From the IMG/VR virus record IMGVR_UViG_3300012894_000123, positions 1 through 44,751 of that record: a stretch of DNA of 44,751 nucleotides. The stretch is one strand, 5' to 3'. The notes below the pieces were generated by a model, which did not search any database, was not told where the DNA came from, and was given only the letters and a program-made list of their open reading frames with translations. A program made the position numbers and the translations under genes. Positions 35,257-43,413 of the stretch are shown one piece after another. Origin of the DNA: a virus (lineage: Duplodnaviria > Caudoviricetes). Position 1 is the stretch's first letter, and each line of letters opens with the position of its first letter.

Positions 35257-35820
35257 TTAAGAAGGTCGGGGGGGAGTTTTCAACATTTTTGCGGGGCTGG
35301 GGGCCGCGGCGAGCAGGCTGGCCAGGCCTTCGGCTGGGGTCACGGTGGGCTGGGGCACGACGGGGCCGGCCAGCATCAGTTGGGCCTCAGCGGCGGAGGC
35401 GTCGAACACGATGAGCAGCGGATTGAGCAGCAGCTGCAGCCCGCCCTTGATTTGCTGCTTGCCGCGCAGAAACCCGTACTCGATAAGCGCCTGCACGTGC
35501 CGGTAAGCAGTCTTAGGGTCGCGGTTCCAGCCACGCTTGGAGAGGGCGGCGCGGGTGGTTTTGATGGCCAAGGCGCCCTTGGTGATGCCGCGCCGGTAGT
35601 CGGCAATGAAGATGCTGACTATCTCCTTGAGCGTTTGCACGAGGTTACCCCGCAGCTGGGGCAGCTTAATCGTTTTCTGGCCGGCCAGGTACTGGTCGAG
35701 GTGGGCCGGGCGGGGCGGCGGGACCACGCGCTTCGGCTCGCGCAGCAGGCGCATCAGCTGGGCCCACGTCTTATCGTAATTGATGCGGAGCTTGGTGGGA
35801 TTAAAGGCAGGACGATACAT
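35257..35820 (-). CDS. Putative winged-HTH replication initiator
   Basis: TTRAALSKRGWNRDPKTAYRHVQALIEYGFL wHTH pattern; upstream of the primase. Confidence 0.55.
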   Translation of the reverse strand: MYRPAFNPTKLRINYDKTWAQLMRLLREPKRVVPPPRPAHLDQYLAGQKTIKLPQLRGNLVQTLKEIVSIFIADYRRGITKGALAIKTTRAALSKRGWNRDPKTAYRHVQALIEYGFLRGKQQIKGGLQLLLNPLLIVFDASAAEAQLMLAGPVVPQPTVTPAEGLASLLAAAPSPAKMLKTPPRPS

Positions 35821-35961
35821 AACTGTCAGTAAATGAATTAAAGAATAAATAGCCCAGGTAAGCACCTGGAAACGAGTTCCCCGGCCGGCCGCGAAGCCAG
35901 CTACCTGCGCCAGTTTCTCCACCCACCCGGCGCGGGCACCCTCCTAGGGGCAGGGATGTAA

Positions 35962-36189
35962 TCAGCTTGCCATGAGTTGAGACTCGGATTGAGACTCGGG
36001 CAGATAATCAGCTCGCGGGGACGGGCCAGGGGCGGTGCGGTCTAGCTCCGAGAGCAGCAGCCAGCGCAGCGTGAGCAGGTGGCGTTGCACTACCTGGTCG
36101 CCTTTGTGGTGCTTGCTCTGGGCGGTAAGCCAGGCGCGCACGGCCTCGGGCGACGAGAAGTAGCTGGGCCAGGCAGGTTGCTCAGGCAT
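35962..36189 (-). CDS. Hypothetical protein
   Basis: 75 aa; 8-nt overlap with an SD-like sequence upstream. Confidence 0.55.
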   Translation of the reverse strand: MPEQPAWPSYFSSPEAVRAWLTAQSKHHKGDQVVQRHLLTLRWLLLSELDRTAPGPSPRADYLPESQSESQLMAS

Positions 36190-36424
36190 GCGCCGCGCTC
36201 CTTTCCGGCCGCAGCAGCCTGCCGATGGCCCGCAGCAGCTTGTAGACGGCCAGGAGCAGCAGAAACAGCACCACGAAGCACAGCGGGGCTACGAAGGGCG
36301 TGAGCCAGAGCAGCCAGGTGGCCACGTCCACGCGGCCGAGGCGCAGGGCCACCGGTACCAGCATGAGCAGCGCGTAGGCCAGCCAGGCGGCATAAACAGT
36401 AGATTTGGCAACGGGGTCAATCAT
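36182..36424 (-). CDS. Small two-TM membrane protein
   Basis: Two hydrophobic helices, with TWLLWLTPF. Confidence 0.6.
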   Translation of the reverse strand: MIDPVAKSTVYAAWLAYALLMLVPVALRLGRVDVATWLLWLTPFVAPLCFVVLFLLLLAVYKLLRAIGRLLRPERSAAHA

Positions 36425-36474
36425 TAAAATGAGTAGTGTGGGTGGGAAAAGGAAAGGCTAGGCTGCGATGCAGC

Positions 36475-36975
36475 CTAGCCATCAGGCTCAGCCAGTAGCT
36501 GCCGAATAGCGAGTATTTGCGCCGGGCGTTCGTAGGCTTCCTTACCGAAAGCCTCCAGCGGTCCCTCCTCCAGCTCGGCTAGTCGCTTGCGCAGGTAGGG
36601 CGACGGGAAGTAACCTGACCCAAAGTGCTGCACCCAAGCTTCCACCTTGGCCGGGGCCGGGGGGTCGGCCGGGCGGCTGCACACCACTTCCGCGCCCCCT
36701 ACCTGCACGGCTGGGGGCTGGGTGAAAATCACTTGCTTCAGGAAGCTGCGCACGTGGGCTTCTACCAAGGGCAGGTACCAGGTGCCGTGGTGATGGCGCT
36801 CATACTGCCGCACTAGCCGCTCGTGGCGTAGGGCAGGGTCCAGAGCACGGCGCAGCTGGTCAGCCGGAAACGTCGGCCGGTGCTTGCTGCGAAAGCCGGC
36901 CTCCGCTACTTGGTCGAAATCAAGCTGATAAAACTCCATTTTCGAGCTGCTGGGGTTAATGAGGGGCTCAGGCAC
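36475..36975 (-). CDS. Hypothetical protein
   Basis: 166 aa; GTG start in an 8-nt overlap with SD-like GGAGGAGG. Confidence 0.6.
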   Translation of the reverse strand: MPEPLINPSSSKMEFYQLDFDQVAEAGFRSKHRPTFPADQLRRALDPALRHERLVRQYERHHHGTWYLPLVEAHVRSFLKQVIFTQPPAVQVGGAEVVCSRPADPPAPAKVEAWVQHFGSGYFPSPYLRKRLAELEEGPLEAFGKEAYERPAQILAIRQLLAEPDG

Positions 36976-37342
36976 CGGGTACCTCCTCCCACATCATGAA
37001 GTCACTGCCGATATCGCTCACCTCGCCAGTGCGCACGAAGCCTTCCGCTTCGTAGAGTTTGACGGCGCCGTAATTAGCAGCCATCACGTGCAGGTACAGC
37101 TGCTTGCCGCACTGCCTGCACCAGGCTTTAGCAGCCCATACCAGCTCGGTGGCGATGCCGAGGCGGCGCAAGTCGGGATGCACGTAGAGGTTGCCCAGCA
37201 CCGGCGTATCGGTGTCGATGTATTCAATCGTCGCCGTGCCGACGAGCATAAATGGGTATTGCACTGCCGTCATTTCCAGCCAGTTTCGGCCGTCAACGTG
37301 GCAGGGCATCGTGATAACCTTGGCGGAAGTCACCCTAGGCAT
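36968..37342 (-). CDS. GNAT family N-acetyltransferase
   Basis: LYVHPDLRRLGIATEL (motif A) and LHV..ANYGAVKLYEAEGF (motif B); start re-assigned to ATG 37342. Confidence 0.85.
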   Translation of the reverse strand: MPRVTSAKVITMPCHVDGRNWLEMTAVQYPFMLVGTATIEYIDTDTPVLGNLYVHPDLRRLGIATELVWAAKAWCRQCGKQLYLHVMAANYGAVKLYEAEGFVRTGEVSDIGSDFMMWEEVPGA

Positions 37343-37547
37343 GCGTGCCTCCTTCCTGCGATTGCTCCAGCTGCTCGGCATTGAGCAGTACTTCGCGCAG
37401 CACCAGGTGGCCACCGGTGCGGTCTTGATATTGGCACCAGTAGAAGCCATCGACCTCTTCCTCCACGCGCACAACTATCACGATGGCATCCTTCAGGCGA
37501 CCACGCAGCACCTTGGCTGGCTTATTAAGTTGCAGAGGCTCAGGCAC
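37335..37547 (-). CDS. Hypothetical protein
   Basis: GTG start at 37547 (VPEPLQLN), 70 aa, coupled at both ends. Confidence 0.55.
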   Translation of the reverse strand: MPEPLQLNKPAKVLRGRLKDAIVIVVRVEEEVDGFYWCQYQDRTGGHLVLREVLLNAEQLEQSQEGGTHA

Positions 37548-37845
37548 CCTTTTGCCCTCCTTCCTGCAGCAACTGCGTCCACGCGGCCTGCGCCTCAGCC
37601 AGGCGCCGGGCAAACCAATAGGCCGTGCGAGGCCGGTCAAACCAGAGGCTGAATTCGACCCCGGCCTCCCACTTCTGCCCGTGGAGCTGGCCGGCGTCGT
37701 ACTCCTCCTCGTAGATAATTTCCGCACCGTAGGGGTCTACTGAGTTGCCCTCGTCGTCGTAGTTCAGGTTCTCAACGAACGTGCGAAACAGCGGGGCTTC
37801 CTGCAGCGGGAAGCGCAGTTCCAACTCAATTTTCTTCTCAGCCAT
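37540..37845 (-). CDS. Hypothetical acidic protein
   Basis: 101 aa; coupled overlaps. Confidence 0.6.
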   Translation of the reverse strand: MAEKKIELELRFPLQEAPLFRTFVENLNYDDEGNSVDPYGAEIIYEEEYDAGQLHGQKWEAGVEFSLWFDRPRTAYWFARRLAEAQAAWTQLLQEGGQKGA

Positions 37846-38182
37846 TGTGCTGCCCTCCTTTCTCTAGCTGGGCCAGGGCCCGCTCGATGCCGCGCTTGCG
37901 CGAGAGCAAATCATCGTGGCGGGCCAGCAGGCCCTGGTGGGTGCCGGCGTCGAGGCGGCGGGCCCCGAGCGTGTGCAGGTCGAGCAGCTCGCCAATGGGC
38001 GTCAGCTCCTCCTGCAGCTGCTGAAGCTCCAGGCGCAGCGAGGCGGGCCGGCCGGCAGCCGGGCGCGGCGGCAGCTCGCTCAGGGGCAGCAGCACCACCT
38101 GCTGCCCTAGGCGGTCGAGGCCTAGGGCCAGGTCGGCCAGTTTTACATTGCTGGTCGAGGTGTAGATGCGTAGCGTGTACAT
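37838..38182 (-). CDS. Hypothetical coiled-coil protein
   Basis: Start re-assigned to ATG 38182 (MYTLRIY). Confidence 0.55.
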   Translation of the reverse strand: MYTLRIYTSTSNVKLADLALGLDRLGQQVVLLPLSELPPRPAAGRPASLRLELQQLQEELTPIGELLDLHTLGARRLDAGTHQGLLARHDDLLSRKRGIERALAQLEKGGQHNG

Positions 38183-38184
38183 GG

Positions 38185-38466
38185 CTACGCGGCGGCTAGC
38201 TGCGTGGATGAATCTTCCTGCAGCGCGCCTTCTTTCTCGGCCAGCTGCTCGGCTACCAATTCTTCCAAACGGACCGTAAAGGCATCCCGAAGGGTCAGCA
38301 AGTTGCTTAACTCGTTGAGCGTGGACGAATCGCGGCGGGCTGCCGGCTCTTGGCTCAGGAAGGCAATGGTACCATCTAGCTCCTGATTGAACAGGCGCAG
38401 GGCAGTGGTCAACTGAGAAGGATTGAGCTGCATGAGCTGGTCGAGGGTGAACGTGCGAAATGACAT
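38185..38466 (-). CDS. Hypothetical protein
   Basis: Start re-assigned to ATG 38466 (MSFRTF), preceded by the CTTCTCAC leader motif. Confidence 0.6.
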   Translation of the reverse strand: MSFRTFTLDQLMQLNPSQLTTALRLFNQELDGTIAFLSQEPAARRDSSTLNELSNLLTLRDAFTVRLEELVAEQLAEKEGALQEDSSTQLAAA

Positions 38467-38504
38467 GGGTGTGAGAAGGGGGTAACTGGTGATTGAAAAG
38501 GGAC

Positions 38505-38903
38505 TTAGGCAACTTTCAGGGCCGCTTCGGACGGCACCGGGGTAGGCTTGCGGGTGGGCCGCTTCGGGGCGGCCTGCTTCGTGGGTGCGGGCTGCTGGCC
38601 GGCCACGGCGGGCGTGAGCACCCCCACTTTTTGGCCGAAGGCCTCCACGTCGCTGCGCTTGAAGCGCAGTGTATCGCCGTAGGTGGAGGCCGGCAGGTAG
38701 ATTTTGCGTCCGTCCAGCCCGAACTGGCCCTCGCTGACCCACTTGCGCACGGTGCGGCGGTCGAAGCGGGTGTAGGCCGCTACCTCGTCGAGCGTCATCA
38801 GCTCCGAGTCGACCACAACGGGGGCCGCCTGGCAGGCCAGCAGCTTATCTATCTTGGCCGAGAGGTCGAGAATATCCTGACGAGAGGGAAAGTCGAGCAG
38901 CAT
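38505..38903 (-). CDS. Excisionase-like HTH (HTH_17/MerR-type) protein
   Basis: LMTLDEVAAYTRFDRRTVRKWVSEG...LRFKRSDVEAF. Confidence 0.8.
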   Translation of the reverse strand: MLLDFPSRQDILDLSAKIDKLLACQAAPVVVDSELMTLDEVAAYTRFDRRTVRKWVSEGQFGLDGRKIYLPASTYGDTLRFKRSDVEAFGQKVGVLTPAVAGQQPAPTKQAAPKRPTRKPTPVPSEAALKVA

Positions 38904-38905
38904 AA

Positions 38906-39295
38906 CTAGGCGGCAGGTTGGGCGTGGGTAGGCAGCAGCGTGCCGGCGTTGAGCGCCGCCTGGCGGGCTTCGCGGTAGAACACGTTGCTGAGCAGTAGAA
39001 AGCGGGCTTCGCGCAGGCGGGTCACTTCCGCCTTGTGCACGAGGCCCCGGTAGTCCTTGACTTCCACGCCCCGGCCGGTATAGGCCAGCAGCTGGAAGAT
39101 GCCGGCCGGCTGGGCGTAGGCGTAGCTCACCTGATAGAGCATGTCGTCGCCGGCGCGCCAGGTAGCTTCGAGGGCATGGGGCTCATGCCCGCCCTGCTCG
39201 AGCACGGTGAAGCCCATCTTGCGCAGCCACTGAGCCAGGGGCACGGTGAAGTTGCGGGTAGGCGATGCGGGCGAGGGCAGGGCGGGCGTGAGCAT
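38906..39295 (-). CDS. Hypothetical protein
   Basis: 129 aa ORF in the early operon. Confidence 0.6.
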   Translation of the reverse strand: MLTPALPSPASPTRNFTVPLAQWLRKMGFTVLEQGGHEPHALEATWRAGDDMLYQVSYAYAQPAGIFQLLAYTGRGVEVKDYRGLVHKAEVTRLREARFLLLSNVFYREARQAALNAGTLLPTHAQPAA

Positions 39296-39303
39296 AAGCT
39301 AGG

Positions 39304-39552
39304 CTAAGGGCGAGCGAGCCCGGCTTGATACTTAGTGAAATAGTGCTGTGCTTGGTCATCACCAAAGCCATCAAAATCCTCATCGCACTGAGCCTGCTCA
39401 GCGTAAGAATGGGTTGCCTCCATTCTCACAGCACCTGCCCGCGTTTCCAGCGCAATTTTGTAGGGCTCCTCAGCGTCTTGCGGCTGGTCTGAATGGCTAC
39501 GGGTTACTAGCAGTTGGCCAGTATCGTAAGTAAAAAGCTTGGCGAAGTGCAT
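39304..39552 (-). CDS. Hypothetical protein
   Basis: 82 aa ORF in the early operon. Confidence 0.6.
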   Translation of the reverse strand: MHFAKLFTYDTGQLLVTRSHSDQPQDAEEPYKIALETRAGAVRMEATHSYAEQAQCDEDFDGFGDDQAQHYFTKYQAGLARP

Positions 39553-39578
39553 GATTTTAGGCGGCTTTTTTGAAAGGC

Positions 39579-39854
39579 TTAGTAATCGGCGGGGTCAAAC
39601 CCTATCCAGGCATCCTGCTCGTCGTCGCGGTAGCTGAAGCCGCACGCCGCCATCATGCCAGCGTCGAGCTGGCCCACCTCCTTGGCGTGCAGGTAAGCTT
39701 CCGTTGCCACGTCCTGAAGGGTCGTGCCTTCCGTAACGGGCAGGGCAACTACTACTTCCTGCTTGGGAGCACCCTTGGGCAGGTAGCTAATGCGAATTGT
39801 GTCGCATGTCTGGCCTTCTTGGAGGCCATAAGGGTTGAGGGTCTGGACTTCCAT
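39579..39854 (-). CDS. Hypothetical acidic protein
   Basis: 91 aa ORF in the early operon. Confidence 0.55.
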   Translation of the reverse strand: MEVQTLNPYGLQEGQTCDTIRISYLPKGAPKQEVVVALPVTEGTTLQDVATEAYLHAKEVGQLDAGMMAACGFSYRDDEQDAWIGFDPADY

Positions 39855-39862
39855 AAGGCAGG

Positions 39863-40192
39863 CTAAGCGGCTTTTTGAAGCAGGCGGTACTCGTAGCGGC
39901 AGTCGGTCAGGTCGATTTCCTGAATGCCCTGGGGCAGCTCATCCACCAGCCAGGTTTCGTGCGCGGTGTGACCATCTTCAGCAGCCGAGCGCATAGCGAG
40001 CGGCATCGAGCCGTTCACGTACACGGTCAGGTGGCCGTATTGGCGCACGTAGCCCAGGATGGGGGTGACGAGGGCGGCGCCCGGCGCCAGGGTAGAGATG
40101 CGCACCCGCTTGCCGGTGCGGGCGTCACGGAGCGAGATGGGAGGAAGCGGCAAGCGGCTGACTTCCAAAGGGCAGTCGGTAGCGACGTGCAT
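39863..40192 (-). CDS. Hypothetical protein
   Basis: Start re-assigned to ATG 40192 (MHVATDC), preceded by the CTTCTCAC leader motif. Confidence 0.55.
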   Translation of the reverse strand: MHVATDCPLEVSRLPLPPISLRDARTGKRVRISTLAPGAALVTPILGYVRQYGHLTVYVNGSMPLAMRSAAEDGHTAHETWLVDELPQGIQEIDLTDCRYEYRLLQKAA

Positions 40193-40238
40193 GGGTGTGA
40201 GAAGCAAAAGGTGAATTGGGTAAGCGAAAGGATAGATT

Positions 40239-40520
40239 TTATAAGCCCAGCGACATGGCAGGGCTAGCCTTGGCAGCGGTGGCTGCCGGCAGTACTTCTT
40301 CCGGAATAGAGAATTGGGGGAGGCACTCGCGCACCAAGTCGATGAGCCAGGCCAGATTGGGGCTGCGACCAACCCGCACGGCCGTAAGCTGCGCGGAAGT
40401 GGCTACGTGACCGCTGCGAATCATAAAATCGATGGCGCGGGTAGCCCCCTGTAAGTCCTCGCACACGAGCGACATCAGATAGTAGTACTTCTGGCGGTCA
40501 GTGGTGAGGGGGGCAAGCAT
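40239..40520 (-). CDS. Cro-like first early gene
   Basis: 93 aa; divergent from the repressor; helical with HTH-like spacing. Confidence 0.45.
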   Translation of the reverse strand: MLAPLTTDRQKYYYLMSLVCEDLQGATRAIDFMIRSGHVATSAQLTAVRVGRSPNLAWLIDLVRECLPQFSIPEEVLPAATAAKASPAMSLGL

Positions 40521-40655
40521 AACGTGTTTGACACGATTTGCTTCACCCTTGCTTTATTGCGGGTGCTTTGTCATGTCATGACACAAACATACGCACTTGC
40601 TTTTGATAAGGTGCATGTTTTCAAAAGCAAATCTTCATCTATAGCTTTTTATAAA
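40521..40655. promoter_or_regulatory. Lysis/lysogeny switch region
   Basis: Minus-strand TATGTTTG (TAnnTTTG) at 40584-40591; palindrome TGTCATGACA at 40574-40583; inverted repeat TTGCTTTTGA/TCAAAAGCAA at 40597-40630. Confidence 0.65.
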
Positions 40656-41132
40656 GTGCAAACCACTGTTGGTCAGCGCATAAAATTTCTGTTGGAGCAC
40701 TATGCTATAAGTGCTCGAAATTTCAGCAAGCAGCTTGGTGTAGCCGAAAACAATACTCAGAACTATATAAGAGAAAATAAGCCAGCTATTCCCAACGCTG
40801 ACTATCTAGAGCGAATAATGCTTCATTTTAAAAGCATTAATCCCTCTTGGCTCCTCACCGGCCAAGGCACCCCATTCTTACCTGACTCCCCACCCACGAG
40901 CGAACAAACTATACATGTCCAAAAAAATTTTCGCAGCCCAATAGTTGGGGCTAATCACGGTACGGCAAACCAGCAGCAGCATGTGCAGGGGGGTGAGGAA
41001 GGCGCGGAGCTGCAACTAGCCAAGCAAGAAATAGAGAGTTTACGCCAGCAGTTAGAGCTACATAAGGCCCTGCTGGCTTCCAAAGAAGAAACCATAAACC
41101 TGCTGCGCGGCAGCTATAACAGACCTAACTAA
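40656..41132 (+). CDS. CI-like XRE HTH repressor with coiled-coil C-terminus
   Basis: TVGQRIKFLLEHYAISARNFSKQLGV...INPSWLLTGQG; GTG start at 40656; no S24 peptidase domain. Confidence 0.85.
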   Translation: MQTTVGQRIKFLLEHYAISARNFSKQLGVAENNTQNYIRENKPAIPNADYLERIMLHFKSINPSWLLTGQGTPFLPDSPPTSEQTIHVQKNFRSPIVGANHGTANQQQHVQGGEEGAELQLAKQEIESLRQQLELHKALLASKEETINLLRGSYNRPN

Positions 41133-41134
41133 TT

Positions 41135-41815
41135 ATGCCACTTTGCCCAAACTGCGGAGCTGACCTCAAACAAGCATTTATAGGGGGAAACCAGCCTTTT
41201 AATGATAAAGCAGTCGCATTTATTCATCAATTCACTAATTCCATTTCATCAGGCTACTGCCAAAAATGCGGAATGCCTTTGCTGGAAACGGCTAAAAAAT
41301 CAGCATTAGCGCAGCAGAATCAAAATAAAACTACAGTAAACGAAAACATTCATTTTGTGCCCTTAATGTCCATTCCTGCTCCGCCAGAATGGAAATTCAA
41401 ACCCCTTGGACTGGTAACTGGCCAGTCAGTGACTGGCACTGGTGTATTCAGTGAATTTGCTAGCGACTGGACTGACTTCTTTGGCGCTCAATCGAAAACA
41501 TATAATAGAAAAATAGCTGGTGGTGAGCAGATATGTCAGACACAACTCCGGCTAAAATGCATGGAACTAGGCGGAAACGCCATACTAGGCGTCGATATCG
41601 ACTATGCCGAAGTAGGTGGTGGCAAGGGAATGCTCATGGTTTGCATGACTGGCACCGCAGTTCTACTAGAAAATACTGAAGTGCTGAGTGAAAGCGCTCT
41701 TGAAGCCATGAATAAGGTCACTGAAACTGCTAAAAACAACTTAGCGGTTCGCCGATACGCCTCGCTAATTGATGGCGTGATTCCAAGAGACTATTTAAAA
41801 TCTATACCCGCATAA
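41135..41815 (+). CDS. YbjQ/UPF0145 family protein with N-terminal Zn ribbon
   Basis: CPNCG and CQKCG; LGLVTGQSVTG...LGGNAILGVDIDY...MVCMTGTAV. Confidence 0.85.
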   Translation: MPLCPNCGADLKQAFIGGNQPFNDKAVAFIHQFTNSISSGYCQKCGMPLLETAKKSALAQQNQNKTTVNENIHFVPLMSIPAPPEWKFKPLGLVTGQSVTGTGVFSEFASDWTDFFGAQSKTYNRKIAGGEQICQTQLRLKCMELGGNAILGVDIDYAEVGGGKGMLMVCMTGTAVLLENTEVLSESALEAMNKVTETAKNNLAVRRYASLIDGVIPRDYLKSIPA

Positions 41816-41831
41816 ACACTTTCCAACCCAT

Positions 41832-42155
41832 ATGAAAAACAGAACTACCGCAGCACTCCTAGCCTTTTTCCTCGGTGGCATTGGTGGCCAATATTTTTAC
41901 TTAGGGCGCACATTGGCCGGAATACTATGCCTAGTTTTCTTCTGGACATTTATCCCCTGCATTATTGCTCTGTATCACACCATTAAATTCCTCACGATGA
42001 CGGATGAGGTATTTAATCTAGAGTATAACCAAGGGCAACCCTCGGCTTACATAGGCAGCGCCGCCGACGAATTGACCAAGCTGCATCACTTGAAAGAAAT
42101 TGGGGCCATCAATGAGCAGGAATACGAGGCTCGCAAAAGCCGGCTGCTAGCCTAG
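41832..42155 (+). CDS. TM2/NINE membrane protein with C-terminal SHOCT domain
   Basis: KNRTTAALLAFFLGGIGGQYFYLG; ADELTKLHHLKEIGAINEQEYEARKSRLL. Confidence 0.88.
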   Translation: MKNRTTAALLAFFLGGIGGQYFYLGRTLAGILCLVFFWTFIPCIIALYHTIKFLTMTDEVFNLEYNQGQPSAYIGSAADELTKLHHLKEIGAINEQEYEARKSRLLA

Positions 42156-42156
42156 G

Positions 42157-42411
42157 ATGCAGTTGCTGCTAATATTTCTTGCGGCTGCTGCCCTAGGGCA
42201 GCAGCCCGCGCCCCGCACCAGCCATCACCGGCCGGCCACCCACGCCGCCCCAGCCCCCAAGGAGCAGGCCTACTACTGTGCCAGCGGCAACGTCGTGAAA
42301 TACCACAGCTCGGCTACCTGCCGGGGCCTCAACCGCTGCTCGGCCCGCGTGGAGCCCCTGGCCCTGAGCGACGCGCAGAGCCGCATGGAGCCGTGCAAGC
42401 TTTGTCATTAA
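42157..42411 (+). CDS. Small secreted Cys/His metal-binding protein
   Basis: Signal peptide; YYC..GNVVKYH..TCRGLNRC...PCKLC. Confidence 0.7.
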   Translation: MQLLLIFLAAAALGQQPAPRTSHHRPATHAAPAPKEQAYYCASGNVVKYHSSATCRGLNRCSARVEPLALSDAQSRMEPCKLCH

Positions 42412-42438
42412 GCCTTTCTTTCCTTCCCCACCCCTGTT

Positions 42439-42981
42439 ATGATTTTTTTGCAAGACAGAGCCCAACCCATAGATGATTTTCTCGCTCGTCAACTAGGCGC
42501 AGCTCAGCGGGAAATAGCGAATATACCAGCCGCCCAAATAGGCGGCAATATTCCGATTTTAATTGAGCAATACGTGAAAATGTTCACGCTCAAACCCGTT
42601 GTATTGGAGAAGGCTGTAGCCAAAATTGACCCAGCAAAATCATCAATAGTAGAGGTTTCTTGGAAAATATCGGGCAATACTTCAGTGATTGGCTTAGCGG
42701 ATTCAGATGGCAAGTCAATCGACATAAAAAAGCACTCGCAGACGCAGATTAAGGAGCCGCTTACTTATCCGTCTCCCATTGCTGGGAACGACCAGTTACA
42801 ACGAGAAATAAAAGACAGAATTGCCAGCGTTACAGCTGCCTTAACTGCCCATATCACTAAACTCAACGCCGTAATAAAGGAAATCAACGGCGAACTGCGG
42901 GGTGAAATACCCAAGTTCGTCGAGGAGCGCGTGAAGTTTATTAATAGAAACAGGGCTGCCGAAGATTTTCTAAACAGCTAG
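42439..42981 (+). CDS. AT-rich hypothetical protein
   Basis: 180 aa ORF with coiled-coil C-terminus. Confidence 0.65.
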   Translation: MIFLQDRAQPIDDFLARQLGAAQREIANIPAAQIGGNIPILIEQYVKMFTLKPVVLEKAVAKIDPAKSSIVEVSWKISGNTSVIGLADSDGKSIDIKKHSQTQIKEPLTYPSPIAGNDQLQREIKDRIASVTAALTAHITKLNAVIKEINGELRGEIPKFVEERVKFINRNRAAEDFLNS

Positions 42982-43016
42982 CTTCCTCTAACCACCACTT
43001 ATTTTCTCACCCCCAG

Positions 43017-43217
43017 ATGACCGACGCGGAATTTCAGGCGCGCAGCCGCAAAGAATACCTTGATTTAAAGGAAATGCTGCAGCTAGTGCTAGATAACCAA
43101 GTGAAACTTGGCAATAAGATTAATTCTTTGCAGACAGAAGTCGCCACGTTACTGCACCGACAGCAGATAATTGGCAACGACCAAGATAAGATGATGCACA
43201 AACTCAATAGTTTGTGA
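43017..43217 (+). CDS. Small coiled-coil hypothetical protein
   Basis: 66 aa; TTCTCAC upstream on the sense strand. Confidence 0.55.
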   Translation: MTDAEFQARSRKEYLDLKEMLQLVLDNQVKLGNKINSLQTEVATLLHRQQIIGNDQDKMMHKLNSL

Positions 43218-43413
43218 TTTCGCTTATCTCAACCTGCAAGGGTTCTTTTTCCCGCGAAAATTTTGAGGATGGAATGAATACGACCTGCAGGCCAAGCTGC
43301 TCGGCCTGGTTTACCTGCTCAACTAATTGAGCCAATACTTCGCGGACGCGGTTGGCTGCCTCTTGCTTTGCACTCATGAGGTGGAGGGGGTGTGAACGAC
43401 TAGCGACAAAACT

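Noticed and set aside
43218-43413. att site upstream of the integrase
   Set aside because: No matching repeat or tRNA 3' end found in the window; att sites probably lie beyond the window edges
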